Made by a program: the position numbers and the translations under genes. 52,764 bases of DNA from a virus (Duplodnaviria; Caudoviricetes): the IMG/VR virus record IMGVR_UViG_3300032288_004603, positions 1 through 52,764 of that record. One strand, 5' to 3'. Positions 9,541 through 18,763 of this stretch are shown here, piece by piece. The notes under the pieces were generated by a model. That model was given only the letters and a program-made list of their open reading frames with translations, was not told the DNA's origin and did no database searches. The first letter of the stretch is position 1. The number at the start of each line of letters is the position of its first letter.

Positions 9541-10395
9541 ATGCCAAATCACATTACAAACCGATTAACAATTATCGGAACAGAAGAACAAGTAAAACAA
9601 GTTCGTGAAGCAATTAAAGGGGAACGTGAAGACCAATTTATTGACTTCAATAAGATTGCACCCATACCAAAAGAATTGGAGGGTACACAAAGTCCATTAC
9701 GAATTATTTCCCAAGAGGAATATGATGAGCAAGAACGAAGAATTCGTGAGAATGATTTAACCGATAATGAGAAAAATTGGGGATTGTCAAGGGGTTTAAC
9801 AAGGGAACTTGCTGATGAATATATCGAGAAATTCGGACACGCTGAATGGTATGGTTGGCAAACTTCAAATTGGGGTACAAAGTGGAATGCTTATGACCAA
9901 ACTGAACTTGATGAAAATTGCATTGAATTTCAAACTGCGTGGGCAACACCATTTGAGGTATTGGTTAATTTGAGTAGAATGTTTCCCGAAGTAACTTTTG
10001 AAGTGAAATATGCTGATGAGGATTTTGGTTACAATGTTGGGGAGTACACATTAGAGGGTGGTGATGAAATAGACACCAATATACCTGACGGGGGAAGTGT
10101 TGAGGCATTGGAAATGGCTATGGAGATTCAATATGGTACACCCGATGAGTATTTTGATTGCAACCAAGAAATTTTTGGTGAATACATTGATGATGATGAG
10201 GAAGAATTGAGTGATTATGAATTGACAATGATTGATATTGCTTACAAGCATGGAGTACACCCCGAAGAGGATTGTGGCTACCACAGACTTGTATTGGCAA
10301 GATTTAAAGAACTTGCATTGGAAGATGAGAACTTTGAACTTGTTATTGTAATTGACAAGGAATTGAGCAAGGTTGAAAGTGAGGGAGAAGAATAA
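9541..10395 (+). CDS. Api92/YubB-like (DUF1281) ferredoxin-fold protein
   Basis: MPNH..N.L.I.G start, WYGWQTSNWGTKWNA and FQTAWATP motifs. Confidence 0.75.
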   Translation: MPNHITNRLTIIGTEEQVKQVREAIKGEREDQFIDFNKIAPIPKELEGTQSPLRIISQEEYDEQERRIRENDLTDNEKNWGLSRGLTRELADEYIEKFGHAEWYGWQTSNWGTKWNAYDQTELDENCIEFQTAWATPFEVLVNLSRMFPEVTFEVKYADEDFGYNVGEYTLEGGDEIDTNIPDGGSVEALEMAMEIQYGTPDEYFDCNQEIFGEYIDDDEEELSDYELTMIDIAYKHGVHPEEDCGYHRLVLARFKELALEDENFELVIVIDKELSKVESEGEE

Positions 10396-10484
10396 AAAAT
10401 AATATAAAAAAAGTGACACTATAATTTGGTAGTGTTATTTTTTTTTCTTACCTTTGTATTGTCTAATAATTAAAACATAAAAAA

Positions 10485-10952
10485 ATGGGAACACGTAGTT
10501 TAACAAGAGTAATCGAAACTTATCGAGATGAGAAAAAAGACAAGCAAGTAAAAGTAACGCTTGTAAATATGTATCGTCAATATGACGGATACCCCGAAGG
10601 ACATGGTACTGAATTAGCAGACTTCCTAAAAGCTGGAAAAGTTGTTAATGGAATTGGTGGTGACGATACAAATGTATTCAATGGTGCGGGTTGTTTAGCA
10701 GCACAAATGATTGCACATTTCAAAGATGGTGCTGGTGGTATTTACATTGAACCAATCACCGCAAAGAATTGCGGACAGGAATATGAGTATGAAGTTATCG
10801 TTGATTTTGATACAAAAGAGGTTACAATGAAGTGTATTGAGGTTGGTTACATTGATAGCAAAGGTAACTATAAAAACGGAAAAATAGTAATATTTGAAGG
10901 AAAACCTGTTGATTTTGAGCAATTTGTTGAAAAATTATCAGAAAAAGCATAA
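10485..10952 (+). CDS. conserved phage protein
   Basis: MGTRS and YRQYDGYPEGHG motifs of a widespread uncharacterised family. Confidence 0.8.
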   Translation: MGTRSLTRVIETYRDEKKDKQVKVTLVNMYRQYDGYPEGHGTELADFLKAGKVVNGIGGDDTNVFNGAGCLAAQMIAHFKDGAGGIYIEPITAKNCGQEYEYEVIVDFDTKEVTMKCIEVGYIDSKGNYKNGKIVIFEGKPVDFEQFVEKLSEKA

Positions 10953-11030
10953 AATAATTGGAAAAAGATTTGGAGAATAGAAATATTCTCCTTATCTTTG
11001 TATTGTCTAATTATTTAAAACTATATTATT

Positions 11031-11309
11031 ATGAAGTCAAAAAGCATTTACGTTTTACAAACAGGTGGTTTAAGCAACATTGATAACCTATTTCATTTCT
11101 ATGATATTGAGGTATTCAGTTCAAAGAAAAAGATTGAAGCTGAAATACAGAACAGGATTTTGATTAATGGTGGAACTCATGTTGTTAGGGATGAGGGATA
11201 TTGTGGTATTGGAACAAAGAGCAATGTATTGATTACTTACAATTGTTTTAGCACTGACGGAAAACCGATGAGAGTTAGGTATCAACTATTGGAAAAAAAG
11301 TTGAATTAA
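11031..11309 (+). CDS. hypothetical protein (cassette gene)
   Basis: ATG after repeat. Confidence 0.8.
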   Translation: MKSKSIYVLQTGGLSNIDNLFHFYDIEVFSSKKKIEAEIQNRILINGGTHVVRDEGYCGIGTKSNVLITYNCFSTDGKPMRVRYQLLEKKLN

Positions 11310-11452
11310 CCTTTGCAACCGCAACCAGGGTTATCATCTTTTTTTATTTCGTTTATAGTTCTTTCTTTGGTGCGTTCTTTTGAGTCTTCATCGTATTTCT
11401 TTTTGATGGTATCAAAAGCTTTCATAAATTTTTTTCTATTACCTTTTTCCAT
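11306..11452 (-). CDS. small basic protein ending in GCGCKG
   Basis: ATG (MEKGNRK) preceded by minus-strand ATATTTAT at 11457-11464. Confidence 0.65.
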   Translation of the reverse strand: MEKGNRKKFMKAFDTIKKKYDEDSKERTKERTINEIKKDDNPGCGCKG

Positions 11453-11533
11453 ATTAATAAATATTATAAAAAAATTTGGAAAAGTCAATTTTATTCCTTA
11501 TCTTTGTATTGTCTAATTATTAAAACATAAAAT

Positions 11534-11878
11534 ATGATACACGATTTATCAACACAGAAAGGTCGCAATGCTTATGTAAAAGCAATGTCAAAATCAAATG
11601 ACAAAGTTGAGAAATACAAAGTCAACATTGAAGTTAGAGATAGTTGGGGTGATATTATAAGAGACGATAATGGAAACAAAGTTACTCACATATCTTACGA
11701 TGTTGAAATGCTTACAAGCAATATGGAGTTTAACTTGCGACACCTTGCAAACTCTTTAAAAGCATTTATGCCTGACAGACGAATAAACATTGAGGTTTAT
11801 GTCCACAATAGTATTTCGGGAACGTATATGAATATGTTTTCATTCTATGTTGATGAGGACAGATTTGTTAAACATTAA
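11534..11878 (+). CDS. hypothetical protein (cassette gene)
   Basis: ATG after repeat. Confidence 0.8.
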   Translation: MIHDLSTQKGRNAYVKAMSKSNDKVEKYKVNIEVRDSWGDIIRDDNGNKVTHISYDVEMLTSNMEFNLRHLANSLKAFMPDRRINIEVYVHNSISGTYMNMFSFYVDEDRFVKH

Positions 11879-11936
11879 TTTGGATAATTAAAATATTATT
11901 CTTATCTTTGTATTGTCTAATTAAAACATTTCAATT

Positions 11937-12134
11937 ATGAATTATAGCCAGTATTTATTTTCTTGTTTAATAAAACTATTTGATGAGGAGTTTGAGCAAA
12001 TGCCTTATGATAGTCAATTTGATGAAGCTATGTATGAATATTCTATATTTGAGGATAGCAAGTTCAATGACGGAAACAAAGGTGAATATGAATGTATTGT
12101 TGAATACTTAAAAGATAAGTATGGAAAAAGATAA
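11937..12134 (+). CDS. hypothetical protein (cassette gene)
   Basis: ATG after repeat. Confidence 0.75.
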   Translation: MNYSQYLFSCLIKLFDEEFEQMPYDSQFDEAMYEYSIFEDSKFNDGNKGEYECIVEYLKDKYGKR

Positions 12135-12318
12135 AGCATTATTCGTTGCATTCTATTTTTGGGGTGGCTACCACAAACAAAGTTTATTACAAGAGTTCGA
12201 TACCATTTATGAGTTGGCTGATAAGTTTGTTCAAACATATAGTCCATATTATACATGGGAAGATGTTAGCTTTGAGGAGTACATGGATAAGTTCATTAGA
12301 GAACATATACCGCAGTAG
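12121..12318 (+). CDS. hypothetical protein
   Basis: Overlaps upstream stop, suggesting translational coupling. Confidence 0.7.
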   Translation: MEKDKALFVAFYFWGGYHKQSLLQEFDTIYELADKFVQTYSPYYTWEDVSFEEYMDKFIREHIPQ

Positions 12319-12321
12319 TAT

Positions 12322-12339
12322 GTACACAAATGTGTATAT
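12322..12339 (+). repeat. oriented palindrome GTACAC-N4-GTGTATAT, copy 4
   Basis: gtacacaaatgtgtatat. Confidence 0.8.
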
Positions 12340-12387
12340 GCGTGCGTGATAGAGCAAATAAATTGTCAAATATAAAACTATATTATT

Positions 12388-12630
12388 ATGAGCAGAATAA
12401 TTGTTGAATACAATCCACCATTGTCGATGACAGCACAAAAAATAATACGAGATGAAGTATCACCCAGTATGATTAGTAATGATGATATGAGTTCTCAATA
12501 TGATATATCAATGGTTTCAGAATGTCTATATGATATATTCTACCAAGGATTGGAAGAGGTTGAATTTAAAGCTGATTTAGAACTAATAACTAATCTAATT
12601 GATGAAGGTGTTCATTATATAGAGTTCTAG
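12388..12630 (+). CDS. hypothetical protein
   Basis: ATG after leader-like attgtcaaatataaaactatattatt. Confidence 0.75.
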   Translation: MSRIIVEYNPPLSMTAQKIIRDEVSPSMISNDDMSSQYDISMVSECLYDIFYQGLEEVEFKADLELITNLIDEGVHYIEF

Positions 12631-12705
12631 CAAAGGTACAAATAATATTTTAAATAAAAAAGCATATTTCATTTGGATTTATGCTTTTTTCTTTTTATCT
12701 TTGTA

Positions 12706-12769
12706 CCATGGTTATGCATCCATGGGCTGATAGTCACCGACTAGCGGAAGAGTAGACTCCATGCTGCAC
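12706..12769 (+). ncRNA. dispersed structured sRNA, copy 2
   Basis: TATCTTTG promoter, CCAUGG hairpin, GGGCUGAUAGUCACCGACUAGCGGAAGAGUAGACUCC. Confidence 0.75.
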
Positions 12770-12947
12770 TAATATTTCATATAAAAATTTAACAAAAAAA
12801 ATTTGGATATGTCATTTTTATTTTGTATACGTGCGTGCGCTATTATAAAGGTATGAAAAAAAAATAAAAAAAATATCGTTTTATATTTGTTTATATAAAA
12901 TAATATTCTTACCTTTGTACTGTTAATCAATTAAAACAATTTAAATT

Positions 12948-13838
12948 ATGAACAACGAAATGAAAAACAAAGTGAATGAAATCTTGGTAGCACACAACTT
13001 AGATTTCCGTATTGAGAAAGAACAATTGCTTTCAGCAACAGGAAAGCCTACACCGTTTTACGGTTTGTTTAACGACAAAACAGGTGAGTGTATTAATTCT
13101 GTAAAAGAGGGTTACACAGTGTCTCAAAATGATGAGGTTGTTGAACTAGTATTAGAGGGAATGCAAGGCTTCGGAGAGTTGTCAGTATCAAAAGCTGGTG
13201 CATTGAATGGTGGACGTAAAGTGTTTATCCAATTGGGAATTGAGGGGATGTCACTAGTTGGTGATGAGCGTATTAAAAGATACGTGACTGTTATTGATAG
13301 CAATGACGGTAGTACAGGGTTGTCAGTTGGTATCGGGGAACTTGTTATGAGTTGCCAAAACCAATTCTTTAAGTTTTACAAAAGTGGGCAGTCAAAACTT
13401 CGCCATACAGCGAGTTTAACACAGCGTATTAAGGAAATACCTTTCCTTATTGAACAAGCGTTGTCACAGAGCCTTATTTTGACTGAAACGTATAAGCAAT
13501 TTCAGTCTACACCTGTTAGCAAAGCGTTGGCAGATGAAATGGTGAAACACATTTTAGGGTTTGACAGAACAATGTCTATTAAGACAGAAGCTGAATTGTC
13601 CACACGTTCCTTGAACGCAATGGAAACTTTGTATGACCACATTACAAAGGAAACCAATCAGAAAGGTATGAACCTATTTGGGTTATTCAGTGGGGTTACT
13701 TCTTGGACTACACACGAAAAGTCAGCACCACGCAGAGAGAATGGGCGTGAGGAAAGTATTATGACGGGAACTAACTACCGCACCAATGAGCAAGGGTTGG
13801 AATTTGCCCTTAACAAACTAGGGTTGGTAATGGCATAA
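12948..13838 (+). CDS. DUF932 (TIGR03299-like) phage/plasmid protein
   Basis: GALNGGRKVFI, DSNDGSTG, SCQN and RHT motifs. Confidence 0.8.
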   Translation: MNNEMKNKVNEILVAHNLDFRIEKEQLLSATGKPTPFYGLFNDKTGECINSVKEGYTVSQNDEVVELVLEGMQGFGELSVSKAGALNGGRKVFIQLGIEGMSLVGDERIKRYVTVIDSNDGSTGLSVGIGELVMSCQNQFFKFYKSGQSKLRHTASLTQRIKEIPFLIEQALSQSLILTETYKQFQSTPVSKALADEMVKHILGFDRTMSIKTEAELSTRSLNAMETLYDHITKETNQKGMNLFGLFSGVTSWTTHEKSAPRRENGREESIMTGTNYRTNEQGLEFALNKLGLVMA

Positions 13839-13847
13839 GGAATGGAA

Positions 13848-13867
13848 AGGGGGTTGAAAAACCCCCA
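13848..13867 (+). terminator. intrinsic terminator-like hairpin
   Basis: GGGGGTT-GAA-AACCCCC after the DUF932 stop. Confidence 0.6.
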
Positions 13868-13963
13868 CCATTTTGTTAATAACTTTTTGATTAAAAATTT
13901 GCAAGGGTCGATTATTTTTTGTACCTTTGCAAATTTTTTTTATATGGGTAAAAAAAAATATAA

Positions 13964-14019
13964 GGTAGGTTGGAGTCTACTCTACTACCACCTTGTGAGT
14001 GTCAGCCCGTCCATCGACA
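13964..14019 (-). ncRNA. dispersed structured sRNA, copy 3
   Basis: Minus-strand TACCTTTG promoter, GGGCUGACACUCACAAGGUGGUAGUAGAGUAGACUCCAACCUACC. Confidence 0.75.
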
Positions 14020-14160
14020 TAACAAAGGTAAGAATAATTTTTGACACCACCAAATTTTTTTAATATTATTTTATATTTTTTTTCAATGTAGACAATTGTC
14101 CGTTGTGGGAGTTAAATTATGTCCTTATCTTTGTGGTATAACTTTAAAAAACAAATAGAT

Positions 14161-14385
14161 ATGTTGCACGATTTAATTACAGAAGAAACAGAAGTATTTT
14201 ATACGAATGATGAACAATTATCGTATGAGTTTTATAGTAGTGATTATGACTACGTTGAATTATATATTGATGATTTTTATATTGGTGTGTGTGAAGTTTG
14301 GTTGGACGCTGAAATGGATTATAGACAATATATAATACTGAATTATGCAATAGTATATTTAGATACAATAAAATTAAAATGCTAA
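14161..14385 (+). CDS. acidic hypothetical protein
   Basis: ATG after variant promoter. Confidence 0.75.
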   Translation: MLHDLITEETEVFYTNDEQLSYEFYSSDYDYVELYIDDFYIGVCEVWLDAEMDYRQYIILNYAIVYLDTIKLKC

Positions 14386-14451
14386 CTTTAGTATGTTGTG
14401 GGGGTGAAATATAGTCTTTATCTTTGTAGTGTAACTTTAAAACATATTATT

Positions 14452-14724
14452 ATGAATTTAATTGAAAGAGTTGTTGAACAGATTAAGAGTGATTTGTTTA
14501 ATGGTTGGGAAGAAAGTATTGAAGAATTATTATCATTTGTACCAAGAGAGAACCTTATAGGTTTTTTGCCCGAAGAGGAATGGGAAAAGTATGAGAATGA
14601 GTATTGTTGCGACAATTGTGGTGGTGGGTTTATTGCGGAAGAAATGGACTTTGATGTTAACGACCAGGACTTATGCAAGAATTGTAACCATAAAACTTTT
14701 AATGAAGCACCTTATGGAGAATAA
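14452..14724 (+). CDS. hypothetical protein with CxxC pairs
   Basis: CDNC...CKNC; ATG after variant promoter. Confidence 0.75.
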   Translation: MNLIERVVEQIKSDLFNGWEESIEELLSFVPRENLIGFLPEEEWEKYENEYCCDNCGGGFIAEEMDFDVNDQDLCKNCNHKTFNEAPYGE

Positions 14725-14878
14725 TAAATGCAAATGTTATTGGTGCAACAATAAAGCGACCAAGATAGACTTTCGCACCATTGATAGAATAACAAGTAAA
14801 ATAGTGAGTTGTGATAGTTGCTTTGAATTGTCTACAAAAAAACTTTTAAATAAAATAGGAAAAGATTTGGATAAGTGA
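14714..14878 (+). CDS. small zinc-finger protein
   Basis: MENNKCKCYWC...CDSC; overlaps upstream stop. Confidence 0.65.
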   Translation: MENNKCKCYWCNNKATKIDFRTIDRITSKIVSCDSCFELSTKKLLNKIGKDLDK

Positions 14879-14921
14879 AAACTTATCCTTATCTTTGTAT
14901 TGTCTAATTAAAACAAACGTT

Positions 14922-15383
14922 ATGGAAAATTTAGTATTACAAGCATTAGGAAATTCAGAAGTTGAAAAAATCAACAAAATTAAAAGAAACAAGGAGTTCT
15001 TAAGACGACTTATCAATGATTTGCAACAAGTATATACTTTGTATGTATCTAATCGTGATGATATGGATAGTACAAAATATAGTATTAAAAGACAACCCAA
15101 TTACATGGATACAATGTTTTTTACTGCAAATGAAAATGATTGTGTATTCAGAACAAAAATTTTGGGTTATAGAAAGGGTGCAAGACCCGAATGGAACTTG
15201 GGTTGGATTATTGAAAAATACGATACTTGCAAAGGGGATGCTAGTTTTATGCGTGAAGAAGATGCACCACATGGACACGTTGAAGTAGAAATTAGGTTTA
15301 CTGATGTTAGTGCAAACTTAATGGATATTATCAAAGATATTACAAGAATCTTTGATAGAGAAAAAGTTTCAAAAAAATTCTAA
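14922..15383 (+). CDS. hypothetical protein (cassette gene)
   Basis: ATG after repeat. Confidence 0.8.
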   Translation: MENLVLQALGNSEVEKINKIKRNKEFLRRLINDLQQVYTLYVSNRDDMDSTKYSIKRQPNYMDTMFFTANENDCVFRTKILGYRKGARPEWNLGWIIEKYDTCKGDASFMREEDAPHGHVEVEIRFTDVSANLMDIIKDITRIFDREKVSKKF

Positions 15384-15456
15384 AATAATTGCATAAAGAT
15401 TTGGATAAGTGAAAACTTATCCTTATCTTTGTATTGTCTAATTAAAACAAGTTATT

Positions 15457-16116
15457 ATGGAAAAGTTTGAGCAACTAACAAAAGTGCAACAAGGATTGGT
15501 AAATGGACTAATCTCTGAATTTACAAAAATCAACCCAAAACCAACTAACGGAGTTAAACGTTTTGGTTTTGATACTATCAATGATTGTGTGGAAGAAGAA
15601 CAGCGTTTTAAACAAACGATTGCCAAACACAATAGAACAATGATGAAAGTTTTTGCTGACCAATTAAAAGCTGACATTAAAGAGTTCAAAAAAGAATTTG
15701 GTAAAGTGATTGATATTGAATTGGGGCATTCTTATAATGGTGGTAGTGAAAGACAACACACCTTAGAGAAATTAATTGAGCAATGTGAAAAACAACCAAT
15801 TAGTGACAACCGAAGTACCGAAATTAAATTGTTTTTTGTAAGCAAAGTAAAAAAGTATCAAAGTAGTGATAGTAGATATGACTACTTTGATAATAAACAA
15901 TATCAAGGTATTTTTGTTACTTTCAAACGTGAGAGAGTTGATGTAAAGTTGGAAAGTGGTAAAGGTGTTACTGCATTTAAAATTGTGGGATTGGTTTACA
16001 AAAATTACGATTGGTTGGGGGATGATAGAGATTTTTGTAAAAAGTTTTCAACATTAGATGAAATGGTGCAAAACCACAAACCTTTGCAACAACAAATAGT
16101 TGGGTTGGTACAATAA
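15457..16116 (+). CDS. hypothetical protein (cassette gene)
   Basis: 219 aa; ATG after repeat. Confidence 0.85.
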   Translation: MEKFEQLTKVQQGLVNGLISEFTKINPKPTNGVKRFGFDTINDCVEEEQRFKQTIAKHNRTMMKVFADQLKADIKEFKKEFGKVIDIELGHSYNGGSERQHTLEKLIEQCEKQPISDNRSTEIKLFFVSKVKKYQSSDSRYDYFDNKQYQGIFVTFKRERVDVKLESGKGVTAFKIVGLVYKNYDWLGDDRDFCKKFSTLDEMVQNHKPLQQQIVGLVQ

Positions 16117-16189
16117 AAAAGTTAACAAAAGATTTGGAGAATTGAAAAATTCTCCTTATCTTTGTATTGTCTAATTAAAACTTATTATT

Positions 16190-16573
16190 ATGTTTACACT
16201 TGTTAATCTTATTGAGAATAAAGTAATCGCTGAACCAAAAACAACTTTTAAACTAATAAACAAAGTTGATAAAATTCGTATTGAGAACGAAGACTTTGAT
16301 TTTAGTATTTTGGGGTTATCCGATGCAATAGAATATCTTGAGGACTATTGCGACAATTTGGCTTTGCTTAAAGATAGTGAAGTGGAGAAATTTTTATCCA
16401 ATCATGGGTTTGGTGTTAGGGAAAATGAGCCTGACCACTATGTAGAATTGATGATGGACAACCACAAATGTGCTGAATGGAAAGGTAAACAATACTACAT
16501 TAGTGATAGCTTAAGTTTAAACGAAGACGAAGAAAAAATTTATGACGTATTGGCTTATGCGTTACACGTATAA
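16190..16573 (+). CDS. hypothetical protein (cassette gene)
   Basis: ATG after repeat. Confidence 0.8.
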   Translation: MFTLVNLIENKVIAEPKTTFKLINKVDKIRIENEDFDFSILGLSDAIEYLEDYCDNLALLKDSEVEKFLSNHGFGVRENEPDHYVELMMDNHKCAEWKGKQYYISDSLSLNEDEEKIYDVLAYALHV

Positions 16574-16647
16574 AAAAACTTTCCAATAAATTTGGAAATA
16601 TCGTTTTATATTATTATCTTTGTATTGTCTAATTAAAACAACAAGTT

Positions 16648-16977
16648 ATGGAAATCAATGTAGAAAATAAATTTAGTGGTGCTGAAAATTATGTTACTAA
16701 AAACATTTTGGAATGTGTTAAGTTTTGGAATAGCGAGGGGATAATTGCATACGAAAATAATAAGTCTGGAGTTTGGGGAGATAAAAGCACCCAAGAAAGA
16801 GCCTTAACAACACCTTACGATGATTTTGTATTGCATATGTTATTGTGCGATTGTCAAGCATTTTGCAATTCAAAATTTGCAAGAGAAAGTGGGGATAAAT
16901 ACGAATGTGGTAGAACAAGAAGTCATGTTTGGGTTCATTTGAATGATGAAAGAATTTTCATGTTTTTTGTTAAATAA
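16648..16977 (+). CDS. hypothetical protein (cassette gene)
   Basis: ATG after repeat. Confidence 0.8.
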   Translation: MEINVENKFSGAENYVTKNILECVKFWNSEGIIAYENNKSGVWGDKSTQERALTTPYDDFVLHMLLCDCQAFCNSKFARESGDKYECGRTRSHVWVHLNDERIFMFFVK

Positions 16978-17033
16978 TTTGGAAATATCATTTTATATTA
17001 TTATCTTTGTATTGTCTAATTAAAATAAACATT

Positions 17034-17231
17034 ATGGAAAATTTGAATTTAACAAAAGACCAACATTTAATGAGTATTAGAAGTAATGGTCAAGAAATGG
17101 GTCACATTGAAATTGAGGGTGGTAAAATTGTCACAAATGGTTTGATTGGTGAGAACACCTATAATAACTTTGTTGAACTTATTCGTGGACTTCAAGGTCA
17201 TGGGATTAAAGTTGATGATTTTTTCTTTTAA
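17034..17231 (+). CDS. hypothetical protein (cassette gene)
   Basis: ATG after repeat. Confidence 0.75.
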   Translation: MENLNLTKDQHLMSIRSNGQEMGHIEIEGGKIVTNGLIGENTYNNFVELIRGLQGHGIKVDDFFF

Positions 17232-17290
17232 TGTTTGGATAATTAAAAAATTATTCTTATCTTTGTATTGTCTAATTAAAACAAGAAATC

Positions 17291-17467
17291 ATGACTAAAG
17301 AAATCACAGCACAAGACGTAGCACAAGTTGCAATTGATTTGGGAATGGATATTACCATTGGTCAAGTTAATCAAGTATTGGAAATGTACGATGATGAAGC
17401 TGACAACGATACAACGGCAACATGGGATTTAATTGTGGAAAATTGCTTATATAATTTGCAAGATTAA
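17291..17467 (+). CDS. small acidic protein (58 aa, MTKEITAQ...)
   Basis: Read manually; ATG after repeat. Confidence 0.75.
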   Translation: MTKEITAQDVAQVAIDLGMDITIGQVNQVLEMYDDEADNDTTATWDLIVENCLYNLQD

Positions 17468-17495
17468 ATAATTATTACTATATTTGTAAAACAAT

Positions 17496-17522
17496 GGACT
17501 TCTAGCTCATTCGGTTAGAGTG
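17496..17522 (+). pseudogene. truncated tRNA 5' fragment
   Basis: ggacttc-ta-gctcattcggttagagt = acceptor 5' strand + D arm only. Confidence 0.55.
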
Positions 17523-17530
17523 TTTATTTA

Positions 17531-17604
17531 GGTCTTGTGGCGCAATTGGTTAGCGCAAATCGCTCATAACGATGAGGTTTAGGGTTCGAGTCCCTACGAG
17601 ACCA
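17531..17604 (+). tRNA. tRNA with CAT anticodon (Met or Ile2)
   Basis: GGTCTTG/CGAGACC acceptor, CTCATAA loop, GGTTCGAGTCC T arm; no encoded CCA. Confidence 0.9.
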
Positions 17605-17611
17605 CTTAAAA

Positions 17612-17624
17612 AAGTTCTTTGAAT
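17612..17624 (+). promoter_or_regulatory. boxA-like antitermination motif
   Basis: aagttctttgaat; also at 18532 and 18750, only in the tRNA region. Confidence 0.5.
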
Positions 17625-17671
17625 TATGAGTCTTTTCATAATTTTTTAGATATTTATAGTTAAAAGAAACT

Positions 17672-18088
17672 ATGAGTACTAAAAAATGTGTAGTATGCTC
17701 AATTGAATTGAGTGGACAAAAAACAATGTATTGTGGTAATACTTGTAAACAAAAACACCATTATCATCGTGTTAAAGAACAAACTAATACTTACCATTCA
17801 CAAACAATTAGAAGTTTAAAAAGGAAGTTAGAGTTAATTGAATTGAAAGGTGGTGGTTGTGAAGTTTGTGGGTATAATAAAAATTTATCAGCATTACAAT
17901 TTCACCATAGAAACCCAAATGATAAAGAATTTGGTTTGGATGCCAGAACACTTGGTAATTTAAAAATGGAAACAATACTTAATGAATTAGCTAAGTGTGA
18001 TTTATTATGTGCAAATTGTCATTTAGAAGAACACCACCAAGAGTACACTAAGGAAAAGATTAAATTAATTGTTGAAAATAAAAAATAA
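17672..18088 (+). CDS. HNH endonuclease between tRNA genes
   Basis: CEVCG...LQFHH...LLCANCHLEEH plus N-terminal CxxC zinc finger. Confidence 0.85.
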   Translation: MSTKKCVVCSIELSGQKTMYCGNTCKQKHHYHRVKEQTNTYHSQTIRSLKRKLELIELKGGGCEVCGYNKNLSALQFHHRNPNDKEFGLDARTLGNLKMETILNELAKCDLLCANCHLEEHHQEYTKEKIKLIVENKK

Positions 18089-18093
18089 TATTT

Positions 18094-18167
18094 GGCTTCG
18101 TAGCTCAGCTGGATAGAGCAACGCACTTCTAATGCGTAGGTCGAAGGTTCGAATCCTTCCGAAGTCA
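18094..18167 (+). tRNA. tRNA-Arg (TCT)
   Basis: GGCTTCG/CGAAGTC acceptor, ACGCA-CTTCTAA-TGCGT anticodon arm, GGTTCGAATCC. Confidence 0.95.
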
Positions 18168-18245
18168 CAAAAAAAAGATTAAGAAAAATTTGGTAGTTAC
18201 AAATAAATGTATTATTTTTACATAAACAAATAAACAATAGAAATT

Positions 18246-18485
18246 ATGTTATTTCAAATAAACGAAGACGGAGAATCAATGGGGTTGGTACAAGTAACCA
18301 AAAACCATACAGAAATATCAAAAGATAGATATTCTGAAATAATTAGCAAATCATTAGAAAACTTCAAAGACAATGGAGAAGACGATGGTTTTGACCCTTA
18401 CAATTTGAGTGACTTTGTAACGTACCACAACTTACGTAGTGTGTTAATTATCGAGAGAGTTTTTACAGAAGAAATTGAAATTTAA
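18246..18485 (+). CDS. hypothetical protein
   Basis: ATG ORF after degenerate promoter. Confidence 0.75.
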   Translation: MLFQINEDGESMGLVQVTKNHTEISKDRYSEIISKSLENFKDNGEDDGFDPYNLSDFVTYHNLRSVLIIERVFTEEIEI

Positions 18486-18546
18486 ACCATGAAAAATTTG
18501 GTAGTTACAAAAATTATTCTTATCTTTGTTAAAGTTCTTTGAATAA

Positions 18547-18672
18547 TGCACCATTCCTGATTCCCAAGGTCAGGCAGTTGTAATAATGAAAGAGAAAGGA
18601 TAGAGGAACTATTTATAGTTGGCTTATCAAGGCTCATAATGTAGTGGAACTCTACTATTACAACTGAGTGCA
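18547..18672 (+). ncRNA. putative structured ncRNA (~125 nt)
   Basis: Own promoter + boxA-like motif; TGCAC/GTGCA closing stem, CAGTTGTAATA/TATTACAACTG 11-bp stem, CCTGA/TCAGG hairpin. Confidence 0.6.
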
Positions 18673-18763
18673 GAGGGGTAAAAAAAAGTTTAAAAAAGAT
18701 TTGGTAGTTAGAAAAATTATTCTTATCTTTGTTTTAACAAAAAGAAAACGTTCTTTGAATAAT

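Noticed and set aside
12706-12769. Hammerhead or HDV/theta ribozyme identity for the sRNA
   Set aside because: Lacks the CUGANGA/GAAA core (copy 6 has UCGA, copy 1 CUGG) and the nested double pseudoknot.
13842-14063. 73-aa ORF
   Set aside because: Spans a terminator, a promoter and the antisense of sRNA copy 3.
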